Of a stretch of DNA of 64,000 nucleotides, positions 1-10,757 are shown in pieces. Where the stretch lies: the NCBI GenBank assembly GCA_963719505.1, contig CAVRCF010000001.1:352001-416000 (forward strand). Direction: 5' to 3'. The notes under the pieces are model-generated. The model was not told the DNA's origin, made no database searches, and saw only the letters and a list, made by a program, of their open reading frames with translations. Source of the stretch: Halobacteriovoraceae bacterium (GTDB lineage: Bacteria > Bdellovibrionota > Bacteriovoracia > Bacteriovoracales > Bacteriovoracaceae). A program made the translations under genes and the position numbers. Position 1 is the stretch's first letter; each line of letters starts with the position of its first letter.

Positions 1-797
1 AACCCTTCACTCCAACAGCTGTGCTCATTGATAAATTTTATCCCTTTTTGATCATGGCTAAATGATATCGTTTTTCCTATGGTCCCAAATCTATTTTTAT
101 TCGTCTCTACCCTTATAAAACCACTACTGAAAGTTAGGCTAATACTAATATCAACCATATGTTCAAGAGCTTTTGGGCCAGCGATCGCCCCTGCTTTATT
201 GACCTGACTTATAATGAAAAATGTTATTCCTCTAGACTTTGCTAAATCAAGAATTTCACTAACTATTTCCTTAACGACACCAGTAGATCCGGCTTGCCCC
301 AGGAAATCTTCATGTTGAAGAGCTTGTATCGAGTCAATAATGATAACATCGAACAAAGGAATTTCTCTTTTAATTTGGTTCCAACTGGATGCAAAAGTAA
401 AACTTATATCACTGTCTAAAATTTCCATTCTTTTACAGCGTTTAAAGACTTGTGTATGAGATTCTTCTGATGAAATATAGAGAACTTTTTGATTTTTAAT
501 TGTGCTTATTAGATTAAGGACAAAAGTGCTTTTTCCCACACCAGGTTCACCAGAGGTAAGAATAAGGGCCCCAACAGAGACATCTCCTAAAATTTCTTTA
601 TAGATATTTCTATCATAACCTAGAGGTTTTTCTTTCACTTCTTGAATCTTAGAAATTGATCGTGAAGCCGAGGTTTCTTTTTGTATCGACTCTTCTTCTA
701 AACTATTCCAAGAAAGACAACTATTGCATTTTCCAATCCATTGAGAAGATCTATATCCGCATTCCGTGCAGATATAGGCTTTCTTCTTCTTTGTCAT
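1..797 (-). CDS. radA: DNA repair protein RadA/Sms (5' part; runs off window)
   Basis: Manual translation from ATG 797: MTKKKKAYICTECGYRSSQWIGKCNSCLSWN zinc finger, GEPGVGKST Walker A, YISSEES, IIDSIQ, IAGPKALEHMVD; ATGA overlap with ligA stop. Confidence 0.95.
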   Translation of the reverse strand, partial: MTKKKKAYICTECGYRSSQWIGKCNSCLSWNSLEEESIQKETSASRSISKIQEVKEKPLGYDRNIYKEILGDVSVGALILTSGEPGVGKSTFVLNLISTIKNQKVLYISSEESHTQVFKRCKRMEILDSDISFTFASSWNQIKREIPLFDVIIIDSIQALQHEDFLGQAGSTGVVKEIVSEILDLAKSRGITFFIISQVNKAGAIAGPKALEHMVDISISLTFSSGFIRVETNKNRFGTIGKTISFSHDQKGIKFINEHSCWSEG

Positions 798-2683
798 TGT
801 CCTATTAGCTCCTTAAAGCTTTCTTCATTAATTATAGGTATATTTAGCTCCTGTGCTTTTTTAAATTTGGAAGATGAACTTTCGACATCATTAGTGATAA
901 CGTAATCAGTCTTGGTGGAAACACTTGAAACAGCTTCTCCTCCATTTTCCTTTATCATTTTTTGCAACTCTGAGCGCTTCATAGAGAGACTTCCAGTGAT
1001 GCAAAATTTTAATCCAGAAATATTTGTGTCCTTTGGTATTTCAACAGATTTAAAGACAAATCCGTAGGAAATTAATTTCTCTATAATTTCTTTTTTTTCT
1101 TTTAAGGAGTTTATAAAATCTGTTGCTGATTTTTCAGCAAACCCATCCATTGAGATTAAATCTTCAATGGTCATGTTCATTACTTTTTCAATTGAGTCGT
1201 AACCACCAAGAACGACCTTTTCACACTTGTTGTAGGCACCACCTGTAATCCCTAAAGCGGAGAGGAACTGGATGAGTGAAACGTTTTTGCTTTTCTCAAT
1301 GTTGGCAATTACCTTTGATGCAAGCTTTTCCTTAACTTTCTCTAGTTCAAGAAGCTGGTCATTTTTAATAAAATAGAGGCTCGGAATATCCGTCACTATC
1401 TTATGTCTTATAAGTTCCTCTAACCTCTTCCCAGAGAGGTCATCTATTCCTATCTTACTGATAAAGTTTAAGATCTCATCCTTAACCTTTCCTGGACAGG
1501 TTTGGTTTTTACAAACTAATCTTATTTGCTCTATGACAACTGGCTCAAAACACGAAGGGCATTTTTCAGGATAGGTAAATTCATTTGAACTAGACTCGGA
1601 GACACCTAAAAACTTTGGTATTACTTCGCCAGATCTAACGACTTCGATGATGTCACCAGCTTTCAACTTAAACTGCTTAACCATTCCAAAGTTGTGAAGT
1701 GTCACTCGGGTAACTTTAGCACCACTTAAAACCGTTTCCTCAATATTTGCTACAGGTGTGAGAAAGCCATTCCTAGAGACCTGCCAAGAGATCGACGTAA
1801 TTTTTGCAAGCTTAAACTCCCCTTGAAACTTGAAAGCTAGTTTATAACGAGGATGGTGGGCCGTCTCCCCCATCGTTTGATGAAGGGTGAGGTCATCGAA
1901 TGAAAAAACGATCCCATCAATTAAATAGTCACCTTCAGACATAAATATTTTTGCATTTTCAATTTGATCTTTGAAGTCATCTTTAGTCTCACATAATTGA
2001 AAGTCGGGAATTTCAAAGTTTTCTTTTTTTAGCCATTTCATTTTTTCAGTCTCTGTACTTACTTCTTCTTTTTCAAATAAGACTTCGAAGGCTTGAAATG
2101 TTAAAAATCTTGAGAGGTCGTAATTTTCTTTTCTTCCTAAAAGTCCCGCTACAATATTTCTCTGGTTCGTTGGCTTCTCTAACCCTCTTAGTTCCATTTC
2201 TTCTGATAACATAATAAAGTTCTCCTCAGAGCAATAGACTTCACCGCGGACTTCAACCTTATTTTCGTAACTCTTCAATTTCTTTGGAATAGATCCTATG
2301 CATAAAGCTTTATTGAGAATATTTTCACCAATTCGTCCATCTCCTCTAGTCTTGGCCAAATGTAGAGAGCCATCTTCATAAACTAATGAACAACTAGAAC
2401 CATCAATTTTTAAAGTACTGATTACTTTTTTTCCACCAGCCCAAGAAATAAGGTCATCAATCTTATATGTCTTTGATAAAGAGAGCATTTTTTTATCATG
2501 TTCAATTTTTTCGCCAGATATAACTGAAGTTCCAACGATAGAGAGAATTTCATTTTCAGGGTCTAGGGACCTTAATTCTTCTTCAAGTTTGTCATACTCA
2601 ACATCTGAAATTTCAGGTTTCCCTTGATAGTAGAGACTTTTATGTTTGATAATTTCTTTTTCTAGAGATTCAATTTTTGACAT
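794..2683 (-). CDS. ligA: NAD-dependent DNA ligase
   Basis: KIDG adenylation motif, TRGDG, EVRGE, RSGEVIP, C4 zinc finger, C-terminal BRCT (FCITGSL). Confidence 0.97.
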   Translation of the reverse strand: MSKIESLEKEIIKHKSLYYQGKPEISDVEYDKLEEELRSLDPENEILSIVGTSVISGEKIEHDKKMLSLSKTYKIDDLISWAGGKKVISTLKIDGSSCSLVYEDGSLHLAKTRGDGRIGENILNKALCIGSIPKKLKSYENKVEVRGEVYCSEENFIMLSEEMELRGLEKPTNQRNIVAGLLGRKENYDLSRFLTFQAFEVLFEKEEVSTETEKMKWLKKENFEIPDFQLCETKDDFKDQIENAKIFMSEGDYLIDGIVFSFDDLTLHQTMGETAHHPRYKLAFKFQGEFKLAKITSISWQVSRNGFLTPVANIEETVLSGAKVTRVTLHNFGMVKQFKLKAGDIIEVVRSGEVIPKFLGVSESSSNEFTYPEKCPSCFEPVVIEQIRLVCKNQTCPGKVKDEILNFISKIGIDDLSGKRLEELIRHKIVTDIPSLYFIKNDQLLELEKVKEKLASKVIANIEKSKNVSLIQFLSALGITGGAYNKCEKVVLGGYDSIEKVMNMTIEDLISMDGFAEKSATDFINSLKEKKEIIEKLISYGFVFKSVEIPKDTNISGLKFCITGSLSMKRSELQKMIKENGGEAVSSVSTKTDYVITNDVESSSSKFKKAQELNIPIINEESFKELIGQ

Positions 2684-2686
2684 CTA

Positions 2687-4027
2687 TTAAACCTTAAATT
2701 TTTTGTTATATTCCTTAAGTTTTCTTTTAACATTTGAAGCGAGATAAACAGTCCCTATAATGTTTGGAATTGCCATAAGGGCGAATGCTATATCAATAAA
2801 GTTTACGATATCACTCATCTCAACCATAGCCGCTAATACCAGGGAGCCAGAATAGAAAAGAATGAATGCTTTTTCACCAAGGAAGTATTTACCTCGAAAC
2901 AGATAGTTCCAGCACTTTTGACTATAGTTTGCCATTCCTATCATTGTGGAAAATGAAAAGAGGAGGATAATGATTCCTAAACCATGGCGGCCAAATGCGC
3001 CTAAAGAATTTTCAAAGGCAAAAGTTGTAAGATTTATTCCATTTAGATCTGATGCTGTTGAATCAAAGTTTACAAGTATGGTTAAGGCTGTAAGCGTACA
3101 CACTAAAATAGTATCAATAAATGGCCCTAACATGGCAACATAGCCCTCTGATACCGGCTCACTTGTTTGTGCATTTCCATGGGCCATAGGCGCTGTTCCC
3201 ATCCCCGCCTCATTTGAAAAGGCTGCTCTTTTCACACCGGTTTGAATGATATGCATAATTCCATATCCAAGCGCTCCCCCACCGACAGCTTTTCCAGTTA
3301 ATGCTTGAGAAAAAATATTAGCGAAGGTTGCTGGTATCTCTTCAAAATTCAAAACCAAGATAATGATACATAAAATGACATAAAGTGCACTCATGGTTGG
3401 TACGACTTTCGTGGTAATACTAGCAATTCTTTTTAGTCCTCCCAAAAGGATATAAAAGATTGCAACAGCGAAGATAGATCCCGTTAGAATCTTAGGGGAT
3501 CCATAACTTTCAAATGCAAATAAAGAGAGTTGGTTAATTTGAAAAAGAGCAAGTGTACCTATCACGCCAAAAATAGCAAAGAGGATGGCCATGAATTTAA
3601 ATTTCGATCCCATTCCATGTTCGATAAAGTACATAGGACCCCCCTGAACTTCACCTCTATAGTCTTTTCCTCGGTAAAGAACAGCGAGAGTACACTCGAA
3701 AAATTTTGTATTCATCCCTAAAAGTGCAGCAATCCACATCCAAAAGATCGCTCCAGGACCACCTTGATAAATAGCGATAGCAACACCTGAAATATTTCCA
3801 AGTCCAATCGTCGCTGCCAGGGCATTACATAAAGCTTCAAAATGTGTCAGTTGCCCCTCAACTTCTGAATGCTTTGTTTTCCCTGAAACAAGTTTCAATG
3901 CGTGAACAAAACCTCTTAAGGGAATAAACTTTGAGTAAGCGATAAGGATTATATTAGCGACAAGTAAGAGACTTAAAAGAGGAACCCCCCAAATAAAACC
4001 GGCAAAGTCTGAAAGTATATCGCTCAT
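2687..4027 (-). CDS. Alanine/glycine:cation symporter (AGCS family)
   Basis: ATIGLGNISGVA, GGPGAIFWMW, FSNEAGMGTAP, FIDTILVC motifs. Confidence 0.93.
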   Translation of the reverse strand: MSDILSDFAGFIWGVPLLSLLLVANIILIAYSKFIPLRGFVHALKLVSGKTKHSEVEGQLTHFEALCNALAATIGLGNISGVAIAIYQGGPGAIFWMWIAALLGMNTKFFECTLAVLYRGKDYRGEVQGGPMYFIEHGMGSKFKFMAILFAIFGVIGTLALFQINQLSLFAFESYGSPKILTGSIFAVAIFYILLGGLKRIASITTKVVPTMSALYVILCIIILVLNFEEIPATFANIFSQALTGKAVGGGALGYGIMHIIQTGVKRAAFSNEAGMGTAPMAHGNAQTSEPVSEGYVAMLGPFIDTILVCTLTALTILVNFDSTASDLNGINLTTFAFENSLGAFGRHGLGIIILLFSFSTMIGMANYSQKCWNYLFRGKYFLGEKAFILFYSGSLVLAAMVEMSDIVNFIDIAFALMAIPNIIGTVYLASNVKRKLKEYNKKFKV

Positions 4028-5493
4028 TAATATGAAAACAATGCGCCAAGTTTTAGCATTGTATCCCTGTAAGTTACTTCAGAGACGTCTCCACTGAAAT
4101 CCGCACTATTATTTGTTATCTCTACGCCACCAATTAAAGTGACTTCTGGTGCATATTTAAAACTAGCTCCCGCTTCAAAATGAAGAGAGTTTGAGTCTTT
4201 ACTAGATCCATATATATTGTCATCATCTTTGAATTCAGAAAATGGAATAATTTCTCCCTTGGCAAAAATTCTTATCCCTCTTTGAAGTGGCATGTTTCCA
4301 CCAACACCCACTAGAAAGCCAGATAAGCTGTTGGAGCCAAATCCGTCTACATTACTTCTTTCAACATTGTAAGAGTAATTGACATAACCACCATAAAGAT
4401 TAACTTGAGGTCCATAAAAGAAACCCATGGGTAAATACTTATAACCACCAACGACTTTAAGAACACCATTTGATACGGATACCGTTTTTAAATCTGGGCT
4501 GCCTGAATCCTTTGAAAGGTTACCCAACGTTCGGGAAAATTCACCAGCAACAAAGTAATTTCTGGTTATCCAAGCCTCACCCTCTACACTTAAACCGTAG
4601 GTTAAGCCTGACATTTTTATTGAGCCAGCTGAAGGAGAAGTACCAATAGAACTTGATCCCATCTTCAGACCTATCGTAAGGGTTCCTAGTTTTCCAAATG
4701 TTTTCTCTTTTGCATCATCGAAATTTTTATTTCCAAGGCTATTAAGAGCAGTAACCTCTTCTAATGTTACCCAGTCGCCTGGTTTAATTTTAGTATTTGT
4801 ATTGTAAACTTTGATAATTCCGAGAGCTTGTTTAGTACTCTCATTAAAAATCTTTCCTTCTGCAATATCATCAAAGTCCCATTCGACAACAGTTTTTAAA
4901 AGCCTATGTCTGGTCTTATTTTTATATCTTTTTACTGAAAATTTTTGTCCAATTGATTTTTTCTTATTTGGTGAAACGGTGAACGTGACCTGGTCTCCTA
5001 ATACACCGATGACTTGACCATCATAGGGAATACTTTGTTCGTAAGTTTCTAGCCATGTTACCAGCTGATTAGAAACACTCTCAACATTTGCATTCTCAAT
5101 AATTGTTTTTTCATTAAAGTATAAATCAATTCCATTTTCACCCAAGACATCCATCTCGAGTTCAACTTTATTGACCACATACTTAATATTAATTCTAATG
5201 AGTGATCCTACCTGAAGCTTATTTATAACTGTTCGAAGGACCTGTGGATCCTCGAGGTGCTCGGCAAGTCTTTCACGGTATTTACTAAAAACTGTTAACA
5301 ATGAAGCCGTCGATTCGTAATCGCACCAGTTTCCTTCCTTTAAATAGTCTTCTAGCCGCTCATAAACTCTGTAACCCAACGCATGGCCAGCACTATCAGT
5401 GACAGGAAGCATAGAGCATTTTCGCATACTAAATCGTTCTGCATATAGATTTCCAGAGAGAAGAAGAAAAACACTTATAATAAATATTTTCAT
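4027..5493 (-). CDS. Exported hypothetical protein, probable C-terminal outer-membrane beta-barrel
   Basis: Signal peptide; alternating Gly/aromatic beta-strand pattern in the C-terminal ~220 aa; ends in aromatic LFSY. Confidence 0.6.
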   Translation of the reverse strand: MKIFIISVFLLLSGNLYAERFSMRKCSMLPVTDSAGHALGYRVYERLEDYLKEGNWCDYESTASLLTVFSKYRERLAEHLEDPQVLRTVINKLQVGSLIRINIKYVVNKVELEMDVLGENGIDLYFNEKTIIENANVESVSNQLVTWLETYEQSIPYDGQVIGVLGDQVTFTVSPNKKKSIGQKFSVKRYKNKTRHRLLKTVVEWDFDDIAEGKIFNESTKQALGIIKVYNTNTKIKPGDWVTLEEVTALNSLGNKNFDDAKEKTFGKLGTLTIGLKMGSSSIGTSPSAGSIKMSGLTYGLSVEGEAWITRNYFVAGEFSRTLGNLSKDSGSPDLKTVSVSNGVLKVVGGYKYLPMGFFYGPQVNLYGGYVNYSYNVERSNVDGFGSNSLSGFLVGVGGNMPLQRGIRIFAKGEIIPFSEFKDDDNIYGSSKDSNSLHFEAGASFKYAPEVTLIGGVEITNNSADFSGDVSEVTYRDTMLKLGALFSY

Positions 5494-5798
5494 GATAGCT
5501 CGTTTTGAAGTTGAGGAACTGTTTGAGAAGAGTTTTCATATATTGTGACAAGCATTTTTATTTCTTGTAGCTCTTCAATTTTTAACTGAAGTTCTCTTTG
5601 GAGACGTTGGTTTTCAAATTTTAATTTTATAATTTCTTTCTCTGGTGAGTTCTCATCAAAGTTTTTAACGAATATATAGTACTTTCCGTTTTCTTCTTTA
5701 TGCTTTACTCGATCAGCTTTTATATATCTTCTCACTGTCGATATAGATTTTTTCTTGTAAGCTGCGAATTCTAAGACACTTAACCATTTACCTTCCAT
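5490..5798 (-). CDS. Small MerR/Xis-like HTH protein with C-terminal coiled coil
   Basis: WLSVLEFAAYKKKSISTVRRYIK resembles HTH_17/MerR-type winged HTH; heptad-rich C-terminus; RBS AGAAGGG. Confidence 0.7.
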   Translation of the reverse strand: MEGKWLSVLEFAAYKKKSISTVRRYIKADRVKHKEENGKYYIFVKNFDENSPEKEIIKLKFENQRLQRELQLKIEELQEIKMLVTIYENSSQTVPQLQNELS

Positions 5799-5847
5799 AG
5801 TAAATACCCTTCTTTTTTGCTCAGTTATTGGGTTTTATTCCCTCTAT

Positions 5848-5876
5848 ATAATAATGAATTAGTTGTAATATCGCAA
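5848..5876 (-). promoter_or_regulatory. Putative sigma70 promoter of the HTH-OMP-symporter-ligA-radA operon
   Basis: TTGCGA-17 nt-TATTAT on the minus strand. Confidence 0.4.
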
Positions 5877-5904
5877 AATCAAACTTTTATAAGTTTTCTT
5901 TAGC

Positions 5905-7122
5905 ATGTCGTTATTTTATACTTCTCTTATGATTGATGTGAACCTAAGTGAATTTAAAAACAAAAAAACCGCCCTTGTTCTATCCGGAGGTGTTGTTAAG
6001 GCAGCTTCCTGGCATTTGGGTGTGGCTTTGGCTTTAGAAGAGTTGGGATTCAATTTAAAAAGTAACAAAAATTCCACGGAAGACCAGTTTAATTTGTCTC
6101 GTTCACTTGAGATTGGGACCTATGTTGGGTCTTCAGCTGGAGCGATGATAGCCATTTTTTTAGCAAGTGGATTTACCCCCCAAGAGGTCATTAATGGTGT
6201 TCTTGGCCTAAAAAGCTCAAGAATGGAGAAGCTCTCCTATAAACATATGTTTCATTTGGCCAAAAAGAAGTCAAAGCCACTCAATTCGGATATCTATCAT
6301 CCTTTGGATGAATTTCCTCCTCTGATCAGGAGTTTGATTAAACCTTTCTCCAGCTTTTCAGGATTTTTTTCCACAGAAGGTGTTAGAAAATATCTCATCG
6401 ATCATATTTTAGACTTCGATACTTTTGAGGAATTTGTTCCAGATCTTTTTATTGTAGGAACTCAACTGGACCACTCCAGAAAGGTGATTTTTAGCAAGTA
6501 CAATTATCCATCACCTTCTCACGATGCTACTGCTTGTTACTATACAGGAACCTCTATTTCAGATGCGGCTGCGGCCAGCATGTCTGTTCCTCCCTTTTAT
6601 ACCCCTTATCCAATCATTAATCCAAAGACTGGGGAGAAAGACTACTATATAGACGGGGAAATCCGAGAAACTCTATCGACTCACGTTGCGGAAGACAATG
6701 GTTGCGATATTATCATAAGCTCTTGGACTCACACACCTTATCATTTCTTTGATGAGATTGGCTCACTCGCAAATTATGGGCTCCCTAGTATCGCAATTCA
6801 ATCGATTTATCTTATGATTCAGAAAAAGATTGTAGCCTCTAGAGCTCGCCGTGCTACTGCCAACGATATTATCAACACTGTATCTGGATATATGAAAAGC
6901 CAACAGTTTACCGAAAAGCATAGAAGAGAGATTTTAGCCATTCTTGAAAGAAAGCTAAACTATAAGAAGAATGTTAAGTTAATAGACATCTATCCTGATC
7001 ACCAAGATTACAAACTCTTTTTTGGAAACTCCTTCTCTCTTAATCCGAAAGTCGCCGCCCACACCGTCAAAGCTGGTTACAAGAAAACTATGCAGGTTTT
7101 TTATCAGTCTGAATTTCTATGA
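5905..7122 (+). CDS. Patatin-like phospholipase
   Basis: LVLSGGVVKA Gly-rich loop, GSSAG nucleophile motif, ASMSVP, YIDGE catalytic Asp. Confidence 0.85.
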   Translation: MSLFYTSLMIDVNLSEFKNKKTALVLSGGVVKAASWHLGVALALEELGFNLKSNKNSTEDQFNLSRSLEIGTYVGSSAGAMIAIFLASGFTPQEVINGVLGLKSSRMEKLSYKHMFHLAKKKSKPLNSDIYHPLDEFPPLIRSLIKPFSSFSGFFSTEGVRKYLIDHILDFDTFEEFVPDLFIVGTQLDHSRKVIFSKYNYPSPSHDATACYYTGTSISDAAAASMSVPPFYTPYPIINPKTGEKDYYIDGEIRETLSTHVAEDNGCDIIISSWTHTPYHFFDEIGSLANYGLPSIAIQSIYLMIQKKIVASRARRATANDIINTVSGYMKSQQFTEKHRREILAILERKLNYKKNVKLIDIYPDHQDYKLFFGNSFSLNPKVAAHTVKAGYKKTMQVFYQSEFL

Positions 7123-8507
7123 TTAAAATCTTTTTGCTCATCTTTTCTCTTTCAGCCCTTTCGTGGACTAATCCAGACTCCTTTAAAAGCGGAGTTATTG
7201 AACTTGAAGAAAGAGTAAACAGGACCAATTTAAAATCTTCATTACTCTCTGGTGGTGGAGCAATAAGCAATTCTTTGGTAGAAAAAATCTTAAAAGACTA
7301 CGAGAAAAAAATTGATTCAAACTTTGCCATCGACAATTATTTTAAAGACAGAGTTAATTTTTGGTTTCGAATCTATACACAATTCACTTCTAATCAGGTG
7401 GTTATTCATGACAAAGAAAACTTGGCGCTCGTTTATAATGTGGTCGATTTCAATGATATTGCATCCTCAAGCCTTAATCGGTATGTAAAAGCAAAGTTAC
7501 AAACAAAACTCTCGCTAGAACAAACAAGGAATATAAAAGCTGATTTTACAAAACTATCGACAAGCTTCTCAAACCTTACCAATAACCAAAAACTTTTACT
7601 CGAGAAGGTTAAAAAGGTTTTTAGTATACCTAAAGGAAAGAAGAGGAGAAAATCCTTTTTTATTGGTTTGGCCGACAACCTTAGAACCCAGACAGGGCAA
7701 AGAGATATGATTGAAAGAGGAGTTATTAGAGCGATTCCTTATTTTCCTTACCTTGAAGAGAAGATAAAGCTTTTTAATATCCCAAAAGAGCTTTTAGCAA
7801 TTCCCTTTTTAGAATCTTCTTTTAATCCAAATGCCCACTCCAAGGTTGGAGCTTCTGGTGCTTGGCAGTTTATGCCTTTTATCTCAAGTCTCTTTATGCC
7901 AAGAAGGAATAAATACCTCGACTACCGAAGAAATATCTTTGTTTCAAGTATTTCAGCTTTTGATCTTCTAAGAGAAAATAAAATGATCCTTAAAAGGTGG
8001 GACCTAGCAGTAACTGCTTATAACTCTGGCACTAAACATCTTTTAAAGGCCAAAAAACAGCTTTTAAAGAGTAAACAGGATTTCAACCTTCCGAATGTTT
8101 TAAGGTTTTATGATCACGATCATCTGGGGTTTGCATCCAAGAATTTTTACTCTGAGTTTCTGGCCCTTGTTCATGTTTTAGCCTATCGAGATCAGATATA
8201 TTCTATTGACCAATATGAGAAGGAAAAGAGAAGATTTAACTCCGGAAATATAAACTTCTTTATTGCAAAATGTCGAATCCTTCCTAAAAAGATTGATTTA
8301 CTTCTAAAAAAATCTTCACCTAATCATCGAAAACTGAATATGCATTTTAGAAATCCAGAGCGATATTATAAAAGAGGCCATATTTTAGTTTCCGATATCG
8401 ACCTCAACAAAAGAAGCTATCACAAAGTGGAAGATCGTATCTTGAAGAAATACAAACCAATAGATTGGTTTAAGAAAGCAAATGTTAAAAGATGTGGAAG
8501 GTTATAG
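7119..8507 (+). CDS. Lytic transglycosylase (SLT/MltD-like)
   Basis: PFLESSFNPNAHSKVGASGAWQFM and AVTAYNSG motifs; signal peptide. Confidence 0.9.
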   Translation: MIKIFLLIFSLSALSWTNPDSFKSGVIELEERVNRTNLKSSLLSGGGAISNSLVEKILKDYEKKIDSNFAIDNYFKDRVNFWFRIYTQFTSNQVVIHDKENLALVYNVVDFNDIASSSLNRYVKAKLQTKLSLEQTRNIKADFTKLSTSFSNLTNNQKLLLEKVKKVFSIPKGKKRRKSFFIGLADNLRTQTGQRDMIERGVIRAIPYFPYLEEKIKLFNIPKELLAIPFLESSFNPNAHSKVGASGAWQFMPFISSLFMPRRNKYLDYRRNIFVSSISAFDLLRENKMILKRWDLAVTAYNSGTKHLLKAKKQLLKSKQDFNLPNVLRFYDHDHLGFASKNFYSEFLALVHVLAYRDQIYSIDQYEKEKRRFNSGNINFFIAKCRILPKKIDLLLKKSSPNHRKLNMHFRNPERYYKRGHILVSDIDLNKRSYHKVEDRILKKYKPIDWFKKANVKRCGRL

Positions 8508-10646
8508 TTGCTCAACCAGATATGTTGAGTTTGAACAATAAGACTGAAGATGATCAACTGATCCATCAATATATTCTATTTTTGCATTTATAATTCCCTG
8601 TTCTTCTCCAAGGATAAATATTTTTTTAGATTCTGCACTAAAGTCACTATAGAATAATCCATCAGTATCTAATATTTTAGTTTGAATACCCATCATTCTG
8701 TCTGCGGCTTTACCAGATAAACTGTAGGAGTTCGCCTTTTTACTAAGGTTTATCTGAATCAGACACTGAGTTCCTACGCTTCCAAGAGAGAATTGTCCAA
8801 GGACAAATCGCATATAGGTTTCACTAGGGATGGTAACTTCCTCATTTTTCCAACGACCAACAAATACTGTTTCTCTCAGGTGGCTAAGTTGAAGGTATGA
8901 ACGAGTTCCAAGGGGATAGAGAACATCACCAGCTTGGTACTTATTTAGAGTTAACTTCTTGTATTTTGTATCAAAAGTTAACCCTGCGATGTCTGTATTA
9001 TCAATACTTAGGGGTGAAATAGACTTTGATAGTAGATTTTCTTCATTTAGATCGAACTCATCAGCCAAGACTTCTCTATAGTAGTTCGGCTCAAAATAGA
9101 TTTCTTCTGCTTGAAGATGAATAATTTTTGAAATTGTTTCATTCTTAGTATTTAGGAAATTTATTATAGTATTTCCAGGCATTGCATCGATAAAAAGAAT
9201 ATAATTGAAGTCACTATCAGCTCTGTTGACTACTTTGAATTTTGAATCCAAAAAGACTTTACCTGAAAACTTACCATCAATTTCTACATCTTCTGTTCCT
9301 CTGTCGAGTTCAACCAAAAGAAAGGCTTCATTTCCTCTAAAATTTTGACTACTCAAAATTGATTCCATCTTTTTATTAGAAATCATAGGAACAGAAGCTA
9401 TATCTTCCCCCTCTTCAAACACTAAATCTATCGTTGTCGGCATCATATCTTTTACGACAATCGTACTTCTTCTGATCGCCATTTCATTATTAATTTTAGT
9501 CGATATATTAACTTCGCCATTGCCTGAGTCAGATAGTATATCATTACTGTCATCAGAGAATCTTATATCAAAGTTTCTCACCGATTTTTTAGTTCCCACG
9601 ACATAAGGCTTGATAAGAAGATTACTTTTATAGTTTCTCTTATTTATTATTTTTGCACTTGTTTTCGTTTGAGGAATAAGGTTTTTCACCGTTTTATTTA
9701 CTTGTTCGGAGCTTGGTACTATCTCCTGTTTTGACTGGGTGGCTCCAGCATCAGCGAATAAGTTCCATACCTTATCAGCTTCTTTTTTCGTATCTGATAT
9801 TTTTGGAGGGACACCCTTGCTTACTTTTGTCTTCAAAGCTTGAGCAATTTGCACTGTCGTTTGCGATGCCGCAGAAACAACTGCCTTCTTCCCTTCATTA
9901 GATTTTTCAACATCTTTTGAGTAGTCAAAAAATACTAATTCATCTTTAACCGGATTTATAGCCTCAGACTTTGTTGATTGCGCAACAACTTTAATCTCTT
10001 CTAGAGGTAGATCCTCTAGAGCTAAATCAAGATGCTTAGGCTTTTCATTCGACGCTTGAGTCGTAGAAATCCTATCGTAATCTGGTTTTGTCTTGGCAAT
10101 AAGAGTAGGTTCAGACTTTTGTGAGTAATCTCTAATTTTAATGTCAATAGCCGCCCACTTCGATGAAGCAACAGTCTGTTCCAACACAATCTTTTTCACA
10201 GTAACTGGGTCAGAAATATCTAACTCATAAACCTTTTTAGAAAGAGATTCCTGTCCTTGAGAAGCAGATAATGAATCTAAAACCTTTTGAGACCTGTTTG
10301 GTAGATTGTATCCTTTAACTTGTTTTGGAATTGCTGCACTTTCTTTATTTAGAAATTCAACATCTACTTTTTTCGGTTCGGAAAGATTTTCCTCATTTAT
10401 TGATACATGATAAAAATCGAGACTTTCTACATCGTTGAAATTCTCTTCATTTATTAAAATATTGGCTTGTTTTGGAGTTGTTTTTAGATCCGAAACCTTT
10501 TGAATTTTTTCAGAAGATTTCTTTTGGAAAGAGCTCGTAAGCACCTTATCAAAAGCCTTTTCAGCTTTACTGTCGTCTAGCATTTTCGGTATAAAAATGG
10601 CAAAACTAAGAATAAATGTCAGTAAAACTAGACTTTTCTTTTTCAT
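8502..10646 (-). CDS. Hypothetical membrane-anchored/exported protein
   Basis: 714-aa ORF with N-terminal hydrophobic segment, low-complexity linker and beta-rich C-terminal half. Confidence 0.7.
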   Translation of the reverse strand: MKKKSLVLLTFILSFAIFIPKMLDDSKAEKAFDKVLTSSFQKKSSEKIQKVSDLKTTPKQANILINEENFNDVESLDFYHVSINEENLSEPKKVDVEFLNKESAAIPKQVKGYNLPNRSQKVLDSLSASQGQESLSKKVYELDISDPVTVKKIVLEQTVASSKWAAIDIKIRDYSQKSEPTLIAKTKPDYDRISTTQASNEKPKHLDLALEDLPLEEIKVVAQSTKSEAINPVKDELVFFDYSKDVEKSNEGKKAVVSAASQTTVQIAQALKTKVSKGVPPKISDTKKEADKVWNLFADAGATQSKQEIVPSSEQVNKTVKNLIPQTKTSAKIINKRNYKSNLLIKPYVVGTKKSVRNFDIRFSDDSNDILSDSGNGEVNISTKINNEMAIRRSTIVVKDMMPTTIDLVFEEGEDIASVPMISNKKMESILSSQNFRGNEAFLLVELDRGTEDVEIDGKFSGKVFLDSKFKVVNRADSDFNYILFIDAMPGNTIINFLNTKNETISKIIHLQAEEIYFEPNYYREVLADEFDLNEENLLSKSISPLSIDNTDIAGLTFDTKYKKLTLNKYQAGDVLYPLGTRSYLQLSHLRETVFVGRWKNEEVTIPSETYMRFVLGQFSLGSVGTQCLIQINLSKKANSYSLSGKAADRMMGIQTKILDTDGLFYSDFSAESKKIFILGEEQGIINAKIEYIDGSVDHLQSYCSNSTYLVEQL

Positions 10647-10757
10647 AATAGTTATTCTATTTTACATGTTCTCTAATAAAACAAAACTCTAAAGCGGCTT
10701 ATAGAGCAAGTTTGTGAATAGCCACTTGTTTTTTAGTGGTGAGTACTCAACAAAAAG

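Noticed and set aside
3626-3639. Half-matches to the new palindrome (ATAGGACC here; also near 37635 and 39470)
   Set aside because: Only one arm matches, which is expected by chance
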